From sequence record NC_022096.1: a stretch of 64,000 nt of DNA; one strand, written 5' to 3'. Below the pieces are notes generated by a model. The model made no database searches and had not been told where the DNA came from. It was given only the letters and a program-made list of their open reading frames with translations. A program made the position numbers and the translations under genes. The stretch's first letter is position 1; every line of letters begins with the position of its first letter. Positions 55,905 through 63,731 of the stretch are shown piece by piece.

Positions 55905-57105
55905 GTACGAAGGGCTGACCAAGAAGCACAAGGCCAAGTACGATGAGCAGTTCCCCAAGAGCCGCCATCGTACAAAGCATAAGGCCTCGAAGCGTGCGAA
56001 AGGCGACTACAAGCACGACGCGCGGGAGACCAAGCGTCAGGCAGGCGCGCGCCGCAAAGCCAATCAGGTGGAAGTCGATAAGCAACGCAACGTCATTGTG
56101 GATGACGGTGCAGGCGTGATCAACCGAGAGAGCGTTAAAGCTCTTGGTCAAATCAAGTCCACCCACCTGCATCAGGCTGCTGCCAATATCGATAACAACC
56201 GCGACGAAGCGCACGACGTTATCGACATGCAGCTCAAGGACAAACCCAACCTGAAAGATCGTGGCCTAGAAGCGCTGCGTGAAATGATGGAAGGTGATGG
56301 GCTGCTTGAGGGCAAGCATGACGCCGAAGATGACGATGAGCGCCAAGCCGTAGACGACGAAGGTAATCCACTCTTCGGCGAAGACAACAAGGCCCTCACT
56401 GAGAAGGACAAGAAGGCACAAGATGCCGAGTCTGACGAGGAAGAGGAAGAACCCAAACCGAAGAAAAAGAAAAAGAACGACCGATCGCATCGAGACAGCA
56501 AGAAGTTCCGCGACGGTAAAGCCGTTCTCGGCATGATCGTCAAAGGCGCTCTTGTCGTAGGTGCCGTAGGGTTGATCGCCGTTGCTGCCGGTCCATTGTC
56601 TATGGTGATTGCTCGCGGCATGCTTGACCTGTACGGCGACATCCGTAGCCTATCGTCTTCCGCTGCCGATGAGCTTGCCAAGTCCAAGGACGAGCGCAAC
56701 TACGATACCATCGACGAACTCATCACACAGACGGTTAGCTACCTGCGCAACATGGACATGGACGATCTGCATGATCAGTCCAAAGAAATGTTTGCCGCCT
56801 TGGCTGCCCAGGACGTCGATGTTTATCAGGTGGCGTTCGATGCCATTCTACCACTTGTGCATGAACGTCCGCGTGGCCGCGTAGGCAAAAACTTCTTCGG
56901 GGGTACCTACGCCAACATGCAGACACTCGCCGACGCCATCGGCAAGGCCCTCGACCAGAAGGGTGTGCTCAAAGAGCATGAGTACCACAAGAGCGACATA
57001 GACGAGTGCCATCTGTTCTACTGCACAGATGCGAAACGCACGTTGGTCGCCCTTGGCATGAACGAAACCATCGGCATCTATCACGTTGCCTTACTGAATT
57101 GGTAG
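55714..57105 (+). CDS. hypothetical protein with basic N-terminus, acidic middle and one predicted TM segment
   Basis: GALVVGAVGLIAVAAGPLSMVIA hydrophobic stretch; overlaps the GT2 tail by 191 nt. Confidence 0.65.
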   Translation: MLLSLSLASKPARVSKDTFLKMGPSKQKQYLTHYPRSSHRFLLAKKAKAPKPEVQPRRRLSRNEYEGLTKKHKAKYDEQFPKSRHRTKHKASKRAKGDYKHDARETKRQAGARRKANQVEVDKQRNVIVDDGAGVINRESVKALGQIKSTHLHQAAANIDNNRDEAHDVIDMQLKDKPNLKDRGLEALREMMEGDGLLEGKHDAEDDDERQAVDDEGNPLFGEDNKALTEKDKKAQDAESDEEEEEPKPKKKKKNDRSHRDSKKFRDGKAVLGMIVKGALVVGAVGLIAVAAGPLSMVIARGMLDLYGDIRSLSSSAADELAKSKDERNYDTIDELITQTVSYLRNMDMDDLHDQSKEMFAALAAQDVDVYQVAFDAILPLVHERPRGRVGKNFFGGTYANMQTLADAIGKALDQKGVLKEHEYHKSDIDECHLFYCTDAKRTLVALGMNETIGIYHVALLNW

Positions 57106-57111
57106 GTTCGT

Positions 57112-57453
57112 ATGGAGCGTATCACCTACAAATGCGACAAGGCCGAGCACAAACTGCCTCTGGCTCAGCGCAAGAACTGGCACGTCTATCTCGGTGAGAA
57201 GTTGATTGCAACCATCGCCGCGACTGATGATGTCTCCAGTGACCGTAGCCATTCGCTGCGCATCTGGAAAGCTAAGATGTATCACACCGGCTTCGATCCG
57301 TTCGACTTCCCCCACCACAGTGAAGGGGATGAGGAAGAGAAGACCAAGCCGCACGTGGCCTTAGCTGACGGCAAGCCAGTGCTCATCAATCCTCAGCCCA
57401 TGACTATGCGTGAAGCTCGGTCGTGGGTTCGTCATGTAGTGCAGAGGGGCTAA
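57112..57453 (+). CDS. hypothetical protein
   Basis: 113-aa ORF, tight spacing. Confidence 0.65.
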   Translation: MERITYKCDKAEHKLPLAQRKNWHVYLGEKLIATIAATDDVSSDRSHSLRIWKAKMYHTGFDPFDFPHHSEGDEEEKTKPHVALADGKPVLINPQPMTMREARSWVRHVVQRG

Positions 57454-57458
57454 CTCGA

Positions 57459-58223
57459 ATGCAATTGGTTCTGAAAGGAAAAAGCGACCTGATGATGTCG
57501 CGCAGCTTCGCCATCGGCGCACCGCCTACCGAGCTGTCCAACGTCGAAAACACGAAACAAGGTCTGACCCTCACTGGTCAGCAAGCAGGCGGTGACGCTC
57601 GCATCCTCGACGCGCACATCTGGCTGCCGAAAGCCGCCAAGCACTATCGCCTGAGTGAAGACCTGCGCGACTACATCGTCGTTCCGGTGCCAAGCATCAT
57701 CACGTCGATCCCCAATACCAACGGGGACAGCGCCAGCTTCGCACAGCTCACGGAGTTCAATCCTGAGTATGGCATGATGGCGTATCGTACCTGGGTGGGC
57801 AAGCCCACGCACGTCGAGCACGACAACAAGGACATCACCAAAGCGAAAGGCGTCATTCTTGACACCTACCTGCGGCCGCTTCCACGTCATCCGAAGTTTG
57901 CCAAGCTGGTGAAGCTGATGGCTTTCGACCGCACCAAGGACTCGTTCCTCGTGAACAAAATCCTGCGCAATGAAGTCAGCACCTACTCCATGGGTATGTG
58001 GTATTCGTCCTACACCTGCCCGATCTGCGCTCAACGTGTAGGCAAGGGCATTGGCCAGCCGTGTGCGCATACTCGCCCGCGTCGTCCAACCTACCAACTG
58101 CCGGATGGTCGCCTGGCCTATCGCCAGTGTGAAGGCTTGATCGGCTTCGAGACTTCGGTTGTGATGGACCCTGCGTATGTCGTTGCGCAGTCGGACATCG
58201 TCTGGGACATTTCGAGGCTCTGA
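57459..58223 (+). CDS. putative prohead (capsid maturation) protease
   Basis: GKPTHVEHD...KAKGVILD...YSMG..YTCPIC pattern recalls His/Ser-type phage maturation proteases. Confidence 0.55.
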   Translation: MQLVLKGKSDLMMSRSFAIGAPPTELSNVENTKQGLTLTGQQAGGDARILDAHIWLPKAAKHYRLSEDLRDYIVVPVPSIITSIPNTNGDSASFAQLTEFNPEYGMMAYRTWVGKPTHVEHDNKDITKAKGVILDTYLRPLPRHPKFAKLVKLMAFDRTKDSFLVNKILRNEVSTYSMGMWYSSYTCPICAQRVGKGIGQPCAHTRPRRPTYQLPDGRLAYRQCEGLIGFETSVVMDPAYVVAQSDIVWDISRL

Positions 58224-58224
58224 T

Positions 58225-58626
58225 ATGCGAAATCGCTGGGTGGATCAAACCACGTTTTATGATCCGGAAGCAAAGGGCGGCGGCAACTGTGCAGAGGCGT
58301 GCGTGGCGTCTCTGTTCAACATCCCGCTGGAAGACGTACCCACGTTTTTCGACAAAACCGATCCTGATCCTGCGTATCGCTACTGGCGCAATCTGGAAAA
58401 CTTCATGTTCTCCCGTGGCTACTGGCTACAGCGCGAGGACTGTGAGTACGTTTTCGAGGGCACGTATATGGTCAGCGGTCCGTCAGCACGTGGCTGCCTT
58501 CACATGGTAATCTACCAGAACGGCGAGTTGCTGCACGATCCGCACCCGTCCAGGAAGGGTGTCCAGAAAGTGACCCAGACGTGGCTGCTCATTCCACTGG
58601 ACCCAGCAAACTTCAAACGAGAGTAA
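58225..58626 (+). CDS. putative papain-fold cysteine peptidase
   Basis: GNCAEACVAS...LHMVIY...LHDP gives a Cys-His-Asp order. Confidence 0.45.
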   Translation: MRNRWVDQTTFYDPEAKGGGNCAEACVASLFNIPLEDVPTFFDKTDPDPAYRYWRNLENFMFSRGYWLQREDCEYVFEGTYMVSGPSARGCLHMVIYQNGELLHDPHPSRKGVQKVTQTWLLIPLDPANFKRE

Positions 58627-58631
58627 CTGCC

Positions 58632-59165
58632 ATGCAGATCAAGGTAGCTATGTATAGCGCAGAAGCAGCGAACAAGCTCAGCCATATCCCCTACACAGGA
58701 ACCAACGGCCTGTACTCCGCAGTGGTCCCGACTCCAGGGTCCATCGAAGCCATCATCAAGCTCGCGGACGAGCTGGAGCTGTCCCCGGAAGAGGATGCGC
58801 TGCACGCTACAGTGATCTACAGTAAGAAGGCGCCTGGGGATAACGTCGAGGCCGTGAAGCGAATCGCAGATTCCGATTACGCCTACCACGGCGTCATCAA
58901 CGCGGTAGAGCACTGGGTCGGCCACAACGGCAAGACCTATATAGTGCTCAAGCTGGTGAGTGCTGGCATCGTTCTCGCCAACGCCAGCTTGCAGCGCATG
59001 GGCGCCGAGCACACGTTCGTCCCGTTCTCTCCGCACATCACCTTGAGTGACGACGTTCCTGTAGACGAAGCCATGCAAGCCCGCATCGATTTCGTGAACA
59101 AGCGCCTGGCTTTCGACCCGATCGAGGTCAAGCTCATCAACCAGATCGTCGGTGACTTGGATTGA
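58632..59165 (+). CDS. 2H phosphoesterase, Acb1 (T4 gp57B)-like anti-CBASS nuclease
   Basis: Two HxT motifs LHATVIYS and PHITLS; GLYSAV and MGAEHTF blocks co-linear with T4 gp57B as recalled. Confidence 0.8.
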   Translation: MQIKVAMYSAEAANKLSHIPYTGTNGLYSAVVPTPGSIEAIIKLADELELSPEEDALHATVIYSKKAPGDNVEAVKRIADSDYAYHGVINAVEHWVGHNGKTYIVLKLVSAGIVLANASLQRMGAEHTFVPFSPHITLSDDVPVDEAMQARIDFVNKRLAFDPIEVKLINQIVGDLD

Positions 59166-59284
59166 AGAAGCCCAAGAAGCGCAAAGGTAAGAAGTCCGTG
59201 CGCATCAAGGTGCCTTTGTTCCCTAATCAAGGCACCCCTGCCGAGACGGATGTCGTTCAACTCCCACCAGAGAATCGCTTATGA
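59162..59284 (+). CDS. small basic protein (40 aa), not in the ORF track
   Basis: TTG overlapping the upstream TGA; its TGA overlaps the downstream ATG; MKKPKKRKGKKSVRIKVP... Confidence 0.45.
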   Translation: MKKPKKRKGKKSVRIKVPLFPNQGTPAETDVVQLPPENRL

Positions 59285-59700
59285 GTATGCTCTGTGCGTC
59301 TCCGTATCGCGCGCCGAAAGTCAGACCTCCGATTGAAACTGACTTGTGGCCGCGCTACGGACTGGGCCGCCTCGAAACCTACGACAACCAAGCGATGATG
59401 GACATCGCCTTGGCGACGGAGCACGAGGACCCGCTCAACAACCCAACTTTCGTCTTGCCTGCGATAGACGAAACCCTCTATTACTACTACATAGTCCCGC
59501 TTGCCTACGGTAACGCCACGTTCTACGGACCGAGCGGATTCGCAGGTGGCTGGGACGGGGCAAGCTGGCCGCTCGATGACGTAGGCGAGGAGTACGGTCC
59601 TGTCGAAATCACGTATCGCGGCAATCAGTATCTGCTCTATCGCACCGACTTCGGCGGCGGCCAGGGCGGTACGTACACCGTGACCTTCGCCAATGGCTAA
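59281..59700 (+). CDS. virion protein, paralog of the C-terminal domain of 43571..48145
   Basis: Shared PRYG, GG..G..W and YRTD blocks in the same order. Confidence 0.65.
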   Translation: MSMLCASPYRAPKVRPPIETDLWPRYGLGRLETYDNQAMMDIALATEHEDPLNNPTFVLPAIDETLYYYYIVPLAYGNATFYGPSGFAGGWDGASWPLDDVGEEYGPVEITYRGNQYLLYRTDFGGGQGGTYTVTFANG

Positions 59701-59938
59701 GATCAAGGTGCAGCTCTGGGACCCACATCGACCGTACGACGGTGTGCGCGCCCCTAAGCATGAGGAGCCTGTGTATACGGACACTCCTGCCAAGAAAAAG
59801 AGTCGCCTGAGAGACAAGCGCAAGAAGCGCGAGCGCGATCAGATTCCTACTGCCACCCAGTCTCCGTCCCAGGAGAACACGTTCGTCTCCAAAGTCAATT
59901 GGTTGGGTAGGCGCGAACGCGGTATTGACCCGTACTAG
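59693..59938 (+). CDS. small basic hypothetical protein
   Basis: 81-aa ORF overlapping the upstream stop. Confidence 0.55.
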   Translation: MAKIKVQLWDPHRPYDGVRAPKHEEPVYTDTPAKKKSRLRDKRKKRERDQIPTATQSPSQENTFVSKVNWLGRRERGIDPY

Positions 59939-59946
59939 GAGCAGCC

Positions 59947-60069
59947 ATGAGTAAGCTCATCGGACTCTGGTTGGTAGCAGTCGCACCTGCTGTGATTCTA
60001 CCGATTTGGATTGGGTATCACGTACTGAACAAGGGACCAAAAGATGCCACTACCATGTGCGTGCGGTAA
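59947..60069 (+). CDS. small membrane protein (40 aa), not in the ORF track
   Basis: AGGAG RBS; LIGLWLVAVAPAVILPIWIGY hydrophobic segment. Confidence 0.5.
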   Translation: MSKLIGLWLVAVAPAVILPIWIGYHVLNKGPKDATTMCVR

Positions 60070-60358
60070 GCCAGAGCCGTGCTACCAATCACCACCATGC
60101 ACCAATCTCGCCGTCAAGTCTCCGACGCAGCCCATTCTGGGTGCGAAACGGCTGCTGTCTTTCGATGAACTCGTTTGTCGGCTGACCACAGAAGGCGGCG
60201 CCATCGTGAACGCCACAAGCTGTTCCGCCTACGAGTTGACACAGGCACAAGTCGAGGGTCGCGTATACGTCGATGCCAAGGGTTTGGCGTATGTGCTGCT
60301 CGATGCTGACTGGCTTGCTCAAATGCGGAAGCTCGAAAAAGCTCATCCGCACGCCTAA
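60044..60358 (+). CDS. hypothetical protein
   Basis: 104-aa ORF with AAGGGA upstream, ends at a terminator. Confidence 0.6.
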   Translation: MPLPCACGKPEPCYQSPPCTNLAVKSPTQPILGAKRLLSFDELVCRLTTEGGAIVNATSCSAYELTQAQVEGRVYVDAKGLAYVLLDADWLAQMRKLEKAHPHA

Positions 60359-60393
60359 AAAAGGGTCCCTAGTTTTCACTGGGGACCCTTTTT
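60357..60393. terminator. bidirectional terminator between convergent units
   Basis: AAAAAA-GGGTCCCTAG-TTTTCA-CTGGGGACCC-TTTTT. Confidence 0.9.
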
Positions 60394-60396
60394 CTT

Positions 60397-61077
60397 TTAC
60401 CGCTTGTATACCGCAACTCCGTGCAACAATGGATAGACGGACGTATCCGGCACCAATCTCTCCGTACGTTTGCGCACGCTGAACTGCCTGCCTTCCAGGA
60501 TTTTCCTGTTACTTGCCATATCGAAGGCATCAGTGAACACGACCTTGCCGTTCAGCACGCCGGCTACACCATCATCCATACGAACTGCACCATCCGTTCT
60601 CAGCATCGGTTCTATGCAGCCGATCAGCTCTTCCCAGCGCTCGCGGGACACCAACAAGAACAGCACGTCATCGCGCTGACTCTCTTCCCACAGGGCTTCA
60701 AAGGTTGGCTTGATTTCCGTGTACACACCATCATGCTTGACGAATATCGCAGCCGACAGCCAGTCGTCGTACTTGCGCACTGCAATGGTGTGTCCACTGG
60801 GCAGCGCAGGATTCGGCGCTTCGATCAGCGTGAACTTCGGAGCTTCACCTTGGAACAATGACCCGTCCGGTACGAAGCCCACAGGGTTCTCACACCAATC
60901 GATAGCCATCCAGCCCATACGACGCGCGCCCTTAGAGCCGAATCCGGCAAGCTCCGTTCCTTTGAACGCATCCGCATGGAATGGATCGCCGCTGCGTTCC
61001 CAGTAATCGACATTCTGAAAGCTCGGCGGTTGGGTCGGCCCTACTGTATACGACGCAACCAAATCTTCCTCAACCAT
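60397..61077 (-). CDS. hypothetical protein
   Basis: 226-aa ORF ending at the bidirectional terminator. Confidence 0.68.
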   Translation of the reverse strand: MVEEDLVASYTVGPTQPPSFQNVDYWERSGDPFHADAFKGTELAGFGSKGARRMGWMAIDWCENPVGFVPDGSLFQGEAPKFTLIEAPNPALPSGHTIAVRKYDDWLSAAIFVKHDGVYTEIKPTFEALWEESQRDDVLFLLVSRERWEELIGCIEPMLRTDGAVRMDDGVAGVLNGKVVFTDAFDMASNRKILEGRQFSVRKRTERLVPDTSVYPLLHGVAVYKR

Positions 61078-61078
61078 G

Positions 61079-61342
61079 TCACACCCCTACAGTGTTCCAG
61101 TAGCTCCTTGTCCGCGTATATCCGAGCGCCATAGCAGCAGTCTCATCCACGAGTTCTTGGATTTGAAACTCTTCGGCGCGCGTGAAGAACTGCTCGCGTC
61201 CACGTTCGTTGAAAGGAGCGAACAGCTTGATACGCTCCTCGATGGAGGCACTTGGGTCCTTATCCCAAGTGCTGTGGCCGATCTTCATGACCTCCTTGCG
61301 GTCATGGTTCACGGCGAAGATGCGGTGTCCTTGTTCGCTCAT
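61079..61342 (-). CDS. hypothetical protein
   Basis: 87-aa ORF coupled by ATGA overlap to the upstream gene. Confidence 0.6.
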   Translation of the reverse strand: MSEQGHRIFAVNHDRKEVMKIGHSTWDKDPSASIEERIKLFAPFNERGREQFFTRAEEFQIQELVDETAAMALGYTRTRSYWNTVGV

Positions 61343-61605
61343 ATGCGCGTGTACCCTTTCTCGAATGGTTCTTCCGGAGAGAACGAAGTGTGGCCGCTGT
61401 CGTACACGACAAAGTATCCGCCGGTTGTCGGTGCGTGGGTGTTGTACCAGTTGCGGGACACGGTGTGTTCCTTGCCGCCGTCCAGATGCAACGTCACCGG
61501 ATCGTAGTCACCGACATACGCGGACATCTGCTCGATCTTCGCAGCGTTGACGATCTTGTGGCATTGGTACGCCGGCAGATTCAGCCGTTCGTGTGGCGGT
61601 TTGAT
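61339..61605 (-). CDS. phage protein with GGY.VVY.SG..SFSP..PFE.GY motif; start codon anomalous
   Basis: Open frame from the upstream TAG; LPAYQCHKIV.A.KI block lies before the first ATG (61527). Confidence 0.55.
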   Translation of the reverse strand: MKPPHERLNLPAYQCHKIVNAAKIEQMSAYVGDYDPVTLHLDGGKEHTVSRNWYNTHAPTTGGYFVVYDSGHTSFSPEEPFEKGYTRI

Positions 61606-61983
61606 CTAGGTGCCTACGTGGCTGACGATCTTGTTGTCGTGTATCCACGCGCCGATGAGAATGCGCCACGGGAGATTGCGACATTCGATCACAGGGTGCC
61701 CATTCAGCTCACCGATGATGTTGTTCTCCAGTGCCGACTGCCGATGCTCGTACTCGAACAAAGGGAACATCGGATGGCCAGACATCACGGACATCAGTTC
61801 TTCTGCCACAGATGGGCCTGCCAGATACACGAACTTACGATTCGGATAGTCTTCGCGCACCTGTTCGCTCGGCACACTCACCGCCTGCATGGTTTCCAGA
61901 TTGAAGTCACGGAAACCCCAGCGAATGACGTTGTAGCCGTTGACGCCGAACGCCAGCAGATTTTCGATATTGACGTGTTTCAT
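61606..61983 (-). CDS. hypothetical protein
   Basis: ATGA overlap with the thyA stop. Confidence 0.65.
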   Translation of the reverse strand: MKHVNIENLLAFGVNGYNVIRWGFRDFNLETMQAVSVPSEQVREDYPNRKFVYLAGPSVAEELMSVMSGHPMFPLFEYEHRQSALENNIIGELNGHPVIECRNLPWRILIGAWIHDNKIVSHVGT

Positions 61984-63107
61984 TTGGCCACCTTGGCTTT
62001 GATGAACGGATGGGATTTGTACCCGTCGATGTGGATGTCTTCTAGCTTGAACTCGGTAATGGACGAGTACAGCTCTGCGCGATCCAGACTCAACACAGGA
62101 TAGTTGTCTTCCATGATCGGCCGCTGTAGTTGCTGACGCACTTGGTTGACGTGGTTGGAGTAGATATGCGCGTCGCCGAACGTGTGGAACAGCTTGCCTG
62201 ATGCCAGGCCGAATGCCTGTGCCAGCATGTGCGTCATGATAGAGTAGAAGCCGAAGTTAAAAGGCACGCCGAGGAAGAAATCCCCGCTACGCTGATAGAG
62301 CTTGCAGTCCAGCGTCGGTTGCCCGTGAGCACCTTCGCGCACGCACCATTGCGAAAGCGTATGGCACGGCGGCAGCGCCATCTCATCCAGACGGCTCACG
62401 TTCCACGCACTCAGAATAATGCGGCGACTGTCGCGGTTCTTCGCCAGTGCGTGTTCGATTTGCGCCAGCTGGTCGATACGGCGCTGAATGACGATTTCGT
62501 CCTTGCGACCAACGACGGCGACATTGAAGCCGCGCTTTATCCAGCCGTCTGGATCAGCCGACCACTGATCTGCGGTGATGATGCGCGTGTCTTCTTGAGC
62601 CCGCCATTGTGCCCCGTACACCGGACCCAGCTCGCCGTCGAGCAACTGGTGAGCATGTACGCCCTTGCTTGTCAGCCAAGCATCTTGCGCGTCCAGATCA
62701 TCTGGGTTCTCCAGCGACTCACGGAACGCGCTGAACTCATCCAGAAAGCCCATGCGTTCGCACTCTCGGATACGCTCGCTCCACTCCAGCAGTCGGCCAA
62801 AGATTTCGGTGCCCGGAATGACCCACTCGTTCCAGATGTTGACGCCGTTGTCGAGCAAGAACTTGACGTTGCTCTGCCCGCTCAGCATCCACACCAGTTC
62901 CTTGATGTACTTGTCGTACAGTACCTTCTTGGTGCTCGGAATAGGAACCAGCAGACGACCTTGTTCGTCCGTAAGCTCAAACTCCATGTTGATTGCACCG
63001 AACACAGAAATGGTGCCGACCCCAGTACGATCTTTACGCTCCTGACCGTTCTTCAGGATATACAGCAGCGCCCGCAGGTACTGCTCCTCATTCTGCTTTT
63101 GAATCAT
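61980..63107 (-). CDS. thyA: thymidylate synthase with two insertions
   Basis: DRTGVGT, IWNEW, LGPVYGAQWR, SRRIILSAWN, ALPPCH, YQRSGDFFLGVPFN, GDAHIYSNH. Confidence 0.95.
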   Translation of the reverse strand: MIQKQNEEQYLRALLYILKNGQERKDRTGVGTISVFGAINMEFELTDEQGRLLVPIPSTKKVLYDKYIKELVWMLSGQSNVKFLLDNGVNIWNEWVIPGTEIFGRLLEWSERIRECERMGFLDEFSAFRESLENPDDLDAQDAWLTSKGVHAHQLLDGELGPVYGAQWRAQEDTRIITADQWSADPDGWIKRGFNVAVVGRKDEIVIQRRIDQLAQIEHALAKNRDSRRIILSAWNVSRLDEMALPPCHTLSQWCVREGAHGQPTLDCKLYQRSGDFFLGVPFNFGFYSIMTHMLAQAFGLASGKLFHTFGDAHIYSNHVNQVRQQLQRPIMEDNYPVLSLDRAELYSSITEFKLEDIHIDGYKSHPFIKAKVAK

Positions 63108-63636
63108 GCAATGCCTCCTCGATACCTTTCAGATTCTTCTTGATCCAATCGTTGTTGATTGGTCCCCAGTCTTTGACGTAAAGCGTGCGGTCGGCCCTGC
63201 GATCAACCGAAGCGCCCACAGACTTGGATAAGGTCATCAGCATCATTTCTACCGACTTCCTCGGCCAGCCCAGTTTGCTTACGAGCTGCAACTTGTCCAG
63301 CTTGTTGGTGTCTACCACATGCAGCAGATACATGCGCCGCAGGAATGGCGTGCTCGCTTGCGGTCCTTTCGGAACGTCAGCATTCGGAGCTTCTGCCAGA
63401 ATGGTTTCCCGTTCTCGGTCATTCATGTAGCGCCAGCGGAGAACACCCAACACCTCTTTCTTCACATGCAACGAGACGTGCTTGCCAAACGTCCACCATC
63501 CACTGCCGTCCCAGTATGCGTCCATGTACCAATCGCCATGTACGGTAGCGTCTTGTACGGCGTACCAACCGTGCTTTCGAGGAAGCCTGTCCTCAACGCT
63601 TGCCCACGGTCGAGTTTCGCCTTTCTTTGCAGCCAT
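63088..63636 (-). CDS. winged helix-turn-helix protein (HTH_43-like C-terminal domain)
   Basis: FLRRMYLLH...GWPRKSVE...YVKDWGPINNDWI resembles HTH_43 as recalled; AAGGA RBS. Confidence 0.55.
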   Translation of the reverse strand: MAAKKGETRPWASVEDRLPRKHGWYAVQDATVHGDWYMDAYWDGSGWWTFGKHVSLHVKKEVLGVLRWRYMNDRERETILAEAPNADVPKGPQASTPFLRRMYLLHVVDTNKLDKLQLVSKLGWPRKSVEMMLMTLSKSVGASVDRRADRTLYVKDWGPINNDWIKKNLKGIEEALHDSKAE

Positions 63637-63672
63637 GTTAGTGGTTCCTTATTCATTGTCCCTCAGGTGTAG

Positions 63673-63703
63673 TTTACACTTCGGACCCACCGGTCAATAA
63701 TTT
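63673..63703. promoter_or_regulatory. divergent promoter region: class A core on -, TAATTT on +
   Basis: GAAGTGTAAA on the - strand (63673-63682) facing the thyA block; AATAATTT at 63696-63703 facing the PAAR-like gene. Confidence 0.45.
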
Positions 63704-63731
63704 ATACCCATTAGGAATCGAGGACAAACCC

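Noticed and set aside
61980-63107. dCMP hydroxymethylase or other pyrimidine-modifying TS homologue
   Set aside because: The full canonical ThyA motif set is present, including the dUMP-specifying Asn in YQRSGDFFLGVPFN.
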